From Chrysomallon squamiferum (Eukaryota > Animalia > Mollusca): DNA of 64,000 nt. Within the stretch, counting starts at the first letter, position 1. Each line of letters starts with the position of its first letter. The stretch covers positions 39,680,001 to 39,744,000 of the forward strand of contig CM022670.1 in the NCBI GenBank assembly GCA_012295275.1, written 5' to 3'. The position numbers were made by a program, and so were the translations under genes. Under the pieces are notes generated by a model. The model saw nothing but the letters and a program-made list of their open reading frames with translations. It had not been told where the DNA came from and did no database searches. Positions 38,464 to 64,000 of the stretch are shown in pieces.

Positions 38464-38852
38464 CGCACTCTGTTTTTTATTTATCAACTGTTTAAATTAC
38501 CATTATTTTTTAAAAGAATTTTTTTTTTTAAAGTTAAACCAAGTTAGATTATTTAAGCCATCACCCAGTTAATATTACTACTTTGTAAAATAATATATAT
38601 CTATGCATTTCGTGATAATATGTCTACTAATCAAGTGACAAACCACCTATCATTAAATATCAATAGGAACATGCAAACTAGCCACTAGAATCTAGATACA
38701 AAAGTGAAACTGAAAGTTTCAGTCAACTCGGTAACACTAACAGATACTAACACTAACTGGTACATAACTAGATTCAATGTTACTTTATCTCTCAGAAAGA
38801 TTCTTTATACCTTTCCATGGGTGGGAGGCTCTTGAATATATATGTTACTCAT
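33017..38852 (-). CDS. CWC27: Spliceosome-associated cyclophilin-like protein CWC27, ~550 aa
   Basis: Exons: 38852-38811 ([14 protein letters not shown]), 38093-37884 ([35 protein letters not shown]), 37597-37454 ([19 protein letters not shown]...GSQFFFT...KHTIFGK), 37211-37113, 36846-36743, 36321-36252 ([17 protein letters not shown]), 35897-35745 (GKSKSSHDL), possible 35444-35411, 35077-34797, 34352-34228, 33813-33558, 33191-33017 ([16 protein letters not shown]...*). Glu in place of the CypA Trp121 (PELQKKHT) is typical of CWC27. Confidence 0.96.
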
Positions 38853-40342
38853 GTCTTCTACGTAGATTCCACTGAAACTGTACTGGTATTATCTATCTCC
38901 GAAAAGAAAATGTACGTTTGAGATTATTTCATGGGGGCAGCCATTGTTATTTGGATAAACAATTTGATAACAACTTAATAATTTATTTTCATATAAATAA
39001 TGTTAAACCTGAATAGAGTAAAATATAATTAAAATAGTACTTAGTTCATACAAATAGTTTTGTGTATTTTTGTATAGATAAATTAGTTCGGTATTATTTA
39101 TTTTATTATTGTTTATTAATTAGTTTAACCTTAGTCTAAATCTCGGTCCCATGCAATTACCTTTTATGAAAGTAAAATGTAAGCGTAATACAGTAAAAGG
39201 TATTGGTTATTCAACAGGGACATTTCCAATTTGACAAGTACGGGTTCGATTTAAACTATTTTATTTTTTAAATGTTTTTTGTTCAGTTATATTGTCATAG
39301 ATCCAAATAATAACTTGTTGCAAATGGTATGACTTTGTAAGTTTACAATTTCTAATTTGTATAAGTCATTCAGTTTTCAACGATATTTTTAATATACAAT
39401 ATTACATAACAAAATTAAATTAGAATCGCACTAGTATTAACAGTACTAGTGGTCTGTTATGATCACAGTACTAAGTACTTAAAAGCTAATACATAGCCAA
39501 CCATTCGTAAGTCTAAGATATAAATGTAAAATCAAATCTCCGAATCCTTTATAATTTTATATTTAATCTATATCGTTATATGAGTAACAAATACAACACT
39601 TTTGACGGTATAAATTAAAAAGTAAAAAGTAAAAATTAATTTTTTATTTTTTTTTTTTAAATCATAATTACGGATGTCGAACCCATGACCTGGACATAAT
39701 AGGAAAAAATATCTTAACTATAACTCAAATAAAAACTGTAAAGGTGAAGTGAAGAACTAAACTGCTTATATTTGAGTTAGTCTGCTCGTTTGTTGTAAAG
39801 AAATTTTAAAAAATAATAATAATAAAACTATTAAAAAAGTAAAAGAATGTTCAGTATTGCAGCAATAATGTTATAATTAATTATGAATAAACAATGTATA
39901 TCTCTGGTAAATTATCAGTTGTGTTAAAATGTGCTGAGCCAAAATTTATCTTATCTGTTTATTTAATAACCATAAATATTTTTAAATGATCCAAAGGCAA
40001 TTCCATTTTTCATCTTAACAAAAGTCTGTATCACAAGTGACAAAATAATTAAAAGAATCACAAATAATTTGAAATTATATTTGCAGAAACAGTTGATGCA
40101 TAAACTTCTATGGTTCTATAGTGTTTCGTTTTCCTTTTTAAGTTGAAATATGTTGGTAAATCCTATTTCAACAGTGGCTGCTTAAATATTGTTTTTTCTT
40201 TTTTGTCATTAAATTTTGCTCATTTCTTATTATTAATATTTTAGAAACCATAATGTAATACAATTCAAAAAATTAAAATTTGCTGAACTGTAAATAATAT
40301 ATCTTTTAAGTTAGTTTCTACTACTATTTCACATTATCTATC

Positions 40343-40397
<55 letters not shown>

Positions 40398-40557
40398 TAT
40401 ATAATCATTTAATTATGTTTTATTTTATTTAATTTTTTTATTTAATTTTTTATTTTTTATTTTTTTTCATTTTTATTTTCAGGTATATTCCACAGCATTT
40501 TCAGAGGCAATAATTACAATAATTTGTCATATCACAGATGATTAGAAGCCAAATAAC

Positions 40558-56193
<15,636 letters not shown>

Positions 56194-58570
56194 ACAGCCA
56201 ATCCAAAGACAAGTTACTACTAAAATTTCCTTACAACCCCAAAACCCAATCATCAGCCTCGTTACTAGTTGGTTTCCCAGCTCATAATAAACAAACAGAA
56301 CCAGAAAACGGTCATATGAATCAGTGATTGTGTGGTGTGTGGTGGACAAAAAGTGGCATTACTAGAATTTAATTTTCAGGATGATGAATGATGGAGATGG
56401 ACATTCTAGGGATTGGTATATTCCATGTCAACAGGATTCTTCTCATGCTCATGTGATACACTGATAGATGCACTTTTATTTTGTGATATACTTGGTAAAT
56501 AACAAGTGCTAGAAGATGAGGGATGAGCAGAATCAAAACTGTGTGAAAGTTCCTGCTGAACTTGTTAACGTACAGAAGTTCCTGTGTTTTAAAAGATACA
56601 TTCTGAACATGTTACATGTATCAAAGTTCCTACGTCACAGTGTTCTACAGGTCTGTGCTAAACGTGCTAGGTGTGTAAATATTCTTAATTCCAGTGGGCA
56701 TTAAATGATCTGTGCTGTTGTGTGATTATACGGATGCTATGTGGATGACGATTCTTGTGTAGATTTGTGTTGAACATGTGTTGTGTGTGACTGATCCTAC
56801 ATCAATGTGTATTTGAAATACATTTATAAAAGTTCATCTGTCAGTGTGTATATTACAAAGATCTGTGCTGAACACATTGTGTAAATATTCCAGTGTTAAA
56901 ATATGTAACAGTCTTGAGTATGTAAGATGAGTGAAGGTATGAAAAGCGTGTATCAAAATTTGTGACTAGTGTTACTGTAAATGTCTGTTCTGAAACACAA
57001 AAACCGTGCTTAACATGCTGTGGCAGTGTGTAATTTCTGTCTGTGATATGGATAACTCAATGGTATTTTAACAGTGGTGTTTGAAGTAGATATGTCTGGA
57101 GTGAATGTGGAGTAAACATCAGTTGTAGGTAGAGTGTGTCTCCTGTCTGTGTGTGAATTAAGCAATACGATTCTTTCACTTCTGTTTCTCAGGCAAGCAG
57201 CCATTTTTGTTTTGTGTGTTCAGCTTTACCATTTATTTATTTATTTTATTATATTATACTTATTTATTTATTTATTTTTATTTGTTTTCTTGCTGATTGT
57301 TTTAGTTCCACATTTTTAGCTGTTTGAATATTTAAGCTGATTTTCTAATTTAACATTACCTATTTCATCTGTCAAAGGATGAGATAATACTGTCATCTAA
57401 AGAAATAAAATATTAGTGCTTTCATTGTATTTGTATCTTAACTAGATTATGTTAGAAACACAGACTTTTTTTTTTATAATGTTCGAGGATTAGAGTAATA
57501 TTTTGCTGATAATCCTATTTAATTTAATCCAGTCATGCAGTACCTTTAATGAAATAAGGACATTTATGTCCAGTTAAAAAAAAATTTAAAAAAAGAAATT
57601 AAAAAAAATTGATATTTTTTTTTATTATGTTAAAATACTGGTTGGTTACATAATATAAATATTAAATGTCTTTGCCAAAGCAAAGATTTATTATTCTTTC
57701 CTGTAAACATAGCACAAATAAATTTTTTATTCTGTTTTATTTTAAGTGTTGCATTAAGTGTCCATCACTTTATTAAGTGTAATAAAATAAATCTTTTGAA
57801 ATCAAAATTATTATAATCATGATAATTAAAAATAAAAATAAAACTTTTTGTTTAACTATCAGAAAAGCATTAATAATAATAATAATAATTATTATTATTA
57901 TTATTATTTGATGACATATAGATGGGGTTTTATAAAATAAAAATATGGAAATGGTTGCTCTTTCTGTTTAGCCACAGTCTGAATTGTAAAACTTTGAAAT
58001 TGATTTTTTTTTCCCTTTATTTATAATAAATGATAATTTAAGAGATTTTTAAATTTCAAAATCTGACTAGATGTCTAAAAAATGGATAATAAAACTGGAA
58101 AAAATTTATTTATTTATTTATTTTGCTCATTTTTTATTTATTAATTTACTTTTTATTTATTTATTATTATTTTTTTCCAACATTTGAGTCAATATATACA
58201 GAACATAATTTGAACTGTTTATGTTAAATACTGAATAACATTTTAAACAGAAATGCTGTATAGCTCAATGCCTGAAATATTTAGCTTATCTTAAATTTAT
58301 TCTTTCCTGGATTGACCAAGATGTTGAATTTTAACAGTTAAACTGTTTGAAATACTGGGATTTTATTCACGATGGGTTTAATTTACCTTACATTATTTTG
58401 AGTTTTACTTTTGAAAGATTATGTTTTTAAAAAGTTCAGTTACAATACCACGACTGTAAATAATTCCACATGTTTTAACCATGTAAGTTTTAAATGGTTT
58501 TATATAATAAAAGCAGAAGAGGGCAAGTGTTTTGTTGTTTTGTATGTGTATTATTATTATTATTTTTTTA

Positions 58571-58612
<42 letters not shown>

Positions 58613-59062
58613 TTAGTTTAATTATTATTATTATTTTAGTTTATTGTGGTGTTATTTTTTGTCTTTGTTTTTTTTTTTTTTTTTTTCCTTCCAAGTAACA
58701 AATTAAAATTTCATTACAGAAAAAGTAAGTGCAAATTTACCTGAATGTTTTGAATGTATATTGAGATTTACTTATATATAAGATTTTTTTTTTCTCAAAT
58801 ATTAAAAGAATGGTTGAAAAATGTTCATCTTATCACATGATAACCTATATATTATATAAAAGGTATGTTTTTATCCTTTTTGTAATAATAATAATAATAA
58901 TAATAATAAATTACATTAAAAACTCAGAAGATATTACAGTTATGGGCTAAATAACAAAATGGGTATTAGAGGGCTTGGTCTGTTAAGAGTTTTTGCCTTC
59001 ACTCATGAATTACTTTTGACCCTCAATTTCTTGGATTAATAGGGGGAAGTAACGGTATTTTA

Positions 59063-59099
<37 letters not shown>

Positions 59100-59646
59100 T
59101 TAATGCAGTAGTAAATAATTATCTTAATTTGCTAAAGTATTTTTTTAAAAAGGTGATAAATGTCATGGCATCTGATGATGATGATATGATTTTTAATTAA
59201 TTTGCAGAATAAAGATGGCTGAAGAGAGCTAGTAAAGCTTATATGAGTGAAGTAAACTACAGAGATATAACTTAGATGTGTACCTAGTCTAGATGCTCAC
59301 TATCTTAAACTCTACTATAACAGTTTTTAACTCTACTGTAAATCCTGGTGATATATTCACATAAATACATTGATTAGTTGATCTGAACAGTGGCAATGTC
59401 TAATTTCAGAATAATAACTTCTTTGTATTCCATGGAGTAATAATGGTTCTTGGTATGTAAGTAAATAGCAAATGAATGCATTAAAAACCATCAATAAGGA
59501 TCATGGTAAGATAAACATTACACCCAAAATCATCATCACAAGCAGTTCTAAATCTCTGAAATGGATGTTCAAAAAAGGGCCATAACTCTTTCAGGTACAC
59601 AAATTACATGTAGATGTATATAATTGTATTTTATTAATTATTATTA

Positions 59647-59703
<57 letters not shown>

Positions 59704-59790
59704 TTTTTTAAATCATGGGTGAGTTAATAGCACTGAATATTCACCAGGTGGTTACTTGGTGGATTAAGCTGATTATGTTGGCACTAATCT

Positions 59791-60132
59791 GGTTTGGTGA
59801 CAAAGATTAATTTTTTTGGATTTAAATTTATTTATTCATTTTTCATTATAAAAGATGAAAAAAATTATTTTTTTAAACTCGAAAGGATGTGGAAAATTAT
59901 GTGGAGGAATGAAAAAATTGTCACCAAGTGTTTTAATAATAAATGACATTTTCTTTTCGGAGAAAATTAAAAAATATTTATTGTTATTAAAAACACTGTG
60001 ACAATTTATTCATTCCTCCACTTAATTTGACAAATTTTAATTTAAAAAAAAAATAATTTTTTTTTTTTTTTTTTTTCATGAATAAATAAATTTAAATAAA
60101 ATAAAAATAAGAACTAATCTTTGTCAAAAACC
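59791..60132. repeat. Long imperfect inverted repeat (foldback or MITE-like hairpin, ~340 bp)
   Basis: Nested complementary blocks: tgacaaagatta/taatctttgtca, atttaaatttatttattcat/atgaataaataaatttaaat, gtggaggaatgaaaaaattgtcac/gtgacaatttattcattcctccac, agtgttttaataa/ttattaaaaacact, around a centre near 59960. Confidence 0.8.
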
Positions 60133-60148
60133 AAAGAAAAAAAAGAAA

Positions 60149-60184
<36 letters not shown>

Positions 60185-60544
60185 CATATGTATTAAATTA
60201 TTTTATATATAATAAATTATATATATATTAAATAAAAATAAGATTTTAAATTAAAATTAAATAATTCTGTTTATTTAAATTAATAAAATTAAAGTATTTA
60301 AATAAATAAATATATATTGTTTTAAATAAATAAATACAAGATTTTGAAATAAAATAAAATATTTAAAAAATGAAAAATGAAATAAAATAAAATAAAATAA
60401 AATAAAATAAAATAAATAATTTGTTACAAAAGAAAATAAAAATGTTAAAAGTTTATTAATGTTTAAAACTAGCCTAGCACAACAGCACATCATTTACTTT
60501 CCTATCAGAGAGGATGACACTGTCTGTATTAACTGGTTTGTGTG

Positions 60545-60615
60545 AGACTGTGGGGATTTGATCCTGGGACTCCTTGTATTAGAGGCCAATGTTGGAATCA
60601 CTGAGCTGAAGCTTT
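60545..60615 (-). mobile_element. Possible tRNA-derived SINE head (degenerate)
   Basis: The minus strand reads agctcagtg (A-box-like) ... ggatcaaatcc (B-box-like) at tRNA-like spacing, but no intact cloverleaf can be drawn. Confidence 0.35.
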
Positions 60616-61087
60616 AACTAAAGAATTTTCAACTGAGCTGAAGCCTTGACTATTAATTTGTGCATGTCTATATCAAAATCAGTTGATGAGTTACTTGAAA
60701 TGAGTTAACTTTCATTAGAGGTTGAAGGATAAAAACAGAAGCCTGGGTTGTCTTATATGTTAGTATCAGGAAAAATGTCTAAGTTAAAAAAAAAAAAAAA
60801 AAAAAAATAAAATAAAATAAAAAATAATAATAATCTATATGGGCCTTACATTTCCACAGTAAGCCTTTCATGGGAGTGGGTACTTCTCATTCATATTCTG
60901 ATAAACATTCATAAATCAATATATTCAATTACTTAACTATACACAGACTGATTCAGTGAATGAAACAACAACAACATGTATGTAAACAGAGTTATCTCCT
61001 CAATCAAGATGTGAATTAAATTTTTGTTTCTTTTTCGTTTCTGTTTTAAAAATAACTTGAAAATAATAATAATAATAAATAATAATA

Positions 61088-61131
<44 letters not shown>

Positions 61132-61525
61132 ATAATAAATATATAAATAAATAAATAAATAAATAAATACGTAAATAAATAAATAAATAAATAATAAGTT
61201 AGTAAATAAATAAATACAGATTCTAGACTAGTATTTAATGAATTTGTCTATCATGGTTGTATGTATATTTTTCTAAAGGAAACTTTAATGAATTATCAAA
61301 AATACTGCAGTGTTCTTTTTGCATATTTTGTGTTTTGTTTTTCGGTAGATAAAATAATTTGATATGTTCATGCAGCAGCTGGCTAAGAACAAATGTTTGT
61401 TTAACATCAACACTGTTTTCTGTTAGGTGCTTTGATAATGATAAACACTGGTCTAATTTCATTAGATATATAATTTACCAGCAAGAAGAATATTTTGTGT
61501 GCACCTTCCCACATATTTTAACTTT

Positions 61526-61558
<33 letters not shown>

Positions 61559-61899
61559 CACACACACATGCATTTATTTTCTACAATTTTCTATTTTTAT
61601 TTTACAATGTATTGAAGAACACGTAATTCTGTTTTAAACTAAACTTAAATTCTGCAGTTTGCATGTAAATTACTAGTCTGTTCGTTGTTATGTTTGTTTT
61701 TATCCAACAGCCGCTTTTAATTTCTTTCCTTTTTTTTTTTTTTTTTCTAAGTGCAATGTATTCAGTATTGCATGTATACCTGTATATAAACGTTGAACTG
61801 AAAACGGGGTTAGGTGCATTTTTTTTATATATATATATATAAACCATTATATAATATTAACGGTGTTTTTTTTTTTTTTTTTAAACTGCCTACTTTTAA

Positions 61900-62132
61900 C
61901 AAACGTCCGCCTCTCTATTAAAGCGAACTCGATACGACCTCATTGAAAAATATTGAATGCATTCGAGAACTGTCCCACAGGTATGGGAAACGACTACCTT
62001 GCGACGTCACGAAAGCGTGATCACGTGACCTCTTTAGCAAAAGTAGCCAAAGTGAACGTGCGTTAGGTTATTCGTGGACAATTTAACCGTGGATTTACCT
62101 TCAAAGTTACTTATTTACGAAATGATAGCGAG
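61900..62132 (+). promoter_or_regulatory. Probable promoter and first exon of an unidentified downstream gene
   Basis: CpG-enriched island; CRE-like gacgtca (62003-62009); E-box tcacgtgac (62021-62029); strong donor GAG|gtaaga after 62132, with an ATG at 62122 (ATG ATA GCG AG). Confidence 0.5.
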
Positions 62133-63159
62133 GTAAGAACACATTTTTTTAAATCCTTATTTTATTTTTATTTTTTTTATTTTTTTTATTCCGCCAGATT
62201 TGGTTCTATTCAGATTTCCGAAGTTCGATAGTTGTTGGACATTTGTATTGGCGTGGAGTTCTTCGCGTAGTTGAACGTAGTTTTAAGAGTACTGCCACAC
62301 CGTTGTTTTCTATTAAAAGGCCTTTGGGTCGGGCCCATACGTAAACTTAAGGCACCTGGCAGACTAGGAGGCTATATATTTCAAGCCGATCGGAGTCAAA
62401 TGTGATATTTATTGTTTAAAATAGGGACTGATGTGTCGGCGTCTCCCTAATATAAATCATTCCTATAAGAAAATGAAAGATCAGAAATGCGTTATCTTGT
62501 TTGTAAACTGGAGCACATATTTAATAATTATTTATTTGTTATTACTGTTATTTATTATTATTAATTGTTTTTAAATATTAAATAATAAATTAATTAAAAA
62601 TTATATAATTAAAAATTAAAAAAAAAAAAAAAAAAAAATAAAAAATATAAAAAAAAAAAAAAAAGTAGGAGAATAAAATGTTGGAATTAAAAATTAATTA
62701 CATTTTAAAAACAAATATTCAGATTAAGATTTTTGTATTTTATCTTTAGTTTAAATATAGAAATAGAGCAAAATGGAGAAAAAAAAAAAAGTCTTGGATA
62801 GCATAGAAATTTTATAACAAAAAAAAAAAAAAGAATGAGGGGGACTATACTTGTACCCAGTAGTGTCCTTACAAAGACCCCAAGTCAGATTGAAACATGT
62901 TGTATACAAGGATTATCTGCTTCATATTACAACACTTAACACCAGGTCCCTATCTTTTATTAAAATTTAAAACCTGTTAAAATAGCTTGTTTTAATTATA
63001 AATGTGCCTGGGGCAGTTGAAAGGTGTAAGATTTCACATGTCACTGCAGACAGGCTGAGTCAAGTGATGAAGACATTCTTTTCATTTCTTTTTTTCTTTT
63101 TTTTTTTTTTTTTTTTTTTTAATTTTAATTAAAGATATACATGCATGTCAGAATTAATA

Positions 63160-63201
<42 letters not shown>

Positions 63202-64000
63202 GATTACTATATATAATGATTACTGTATATAATGATTACTGTATATAATAATTACTATTTTTCTTAGTATTTGCATATGTATATAATAGACTGCATGTGT
63301 GTGTCTGTATCAGTGTCTGTGTGTGTGTGTGTATGTCTCTGTATGTGTGTGTGTGAATGTGTCTGTGTGTGTGTGTGTGTGTGTGTCTGTGTCTGTGTTT
63401 AACTCTGATTAATAAACTAACTGCAGAAAGGTGTATCTAGAGGATATGGTTGATGTGCTGTTGACACCACTAACAGTGTGAATGAAGTGTAACTGGTTTC
63501 AAAAACTGCATAAAAGGACTTTGTTAGTGTGCACCATGTGCTCGTAAGATGTCAGACGTAATAATGATGACATACATTTTTATTTCACCAGAAGACAGAA
63601 GTAGCTTCAAGATAAACATGGACATATACAAACTGGAATACAAACACATTTATCTGATATTTAAACAGATTGAATTTCTAAATGTCTGACATGTGTCAAG
63701 GGTATTTTTTTGGTTCATGTATTTTTATTTTTTTTTATTTTATTTTATTTTATTTTTGCTAATAAAATATTCAGTGATTTGAAAAGTGCAATTGGTTCAG
63801 TTCAGAGTGGATATTACATTTATAATAAAAAAAAATGTCAATGTAAACTTTAATATCAGAATTTATTTACATTTAACAGATATTTAATAATATCATTCTG
63901 TAACAAGTGGGTCTTTTTTTTTTTTTTATGGGGGAGGGGTTTTTTTTTTTTCTATTGTAATAGATGGACGCATCTATAGACATGCACACCAACAGACACA

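Noticed and set aside
39670-39700. B-box-like ggttcgac on the minus strand (possible tRNA gene)
   Set aside because: No A box or cloverleaf; at most a SINE remnant.

Overview
AT-rich, microsatellite-laden eukaryotic genomic DNA from an animal (the gene set and compact multi-exon structure suggest an invertebrate such as a mollusc; this is an inference). Most ORFs in the supplied track are low-complexity artefacts, so I rebuilt the real genes exon by exon from splice sites and reading frame. (1) An EPS15/EPS15L1-family endocytic adaptor on the minus strand (31066 to ~7990; three EH domains, coiled coil, DPF/Pro-rich tail) has two candidate terminal exons, one ending in the PDZ ligand ETDV, and no recognisable UIM exon. 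(2) A complete six-exon FAM187A-like type I membrane Ig protein gene (20598-24637, plus strand) is nested antisense in one EPS15 intron and is preceded by an RFX X-box-like motif. (3) CWC27 lies on the minus strand (38852-33017). (4) Importin-13 (IPO13; 27 coding exons, 40558-56193, plus strand) is head-to-head with CWC27. (5) A probable promoter and first exon of another gene sits near 62 kb. The most unusual structures are tandem duplications that copy IPO13 splice junctions: an array of ~11 copies of a 3' splice site plus exon start (48381-48850), and a triplicated exon end with three in-frame GC donors separated by (CA)n tracts (52464-52830). IPO13 also needs two GC-AG introns. Single-base frameshifts in otherwise intact essential genes are most likely assembly errors. 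Several DNA-transposon relics and MITEs are present.
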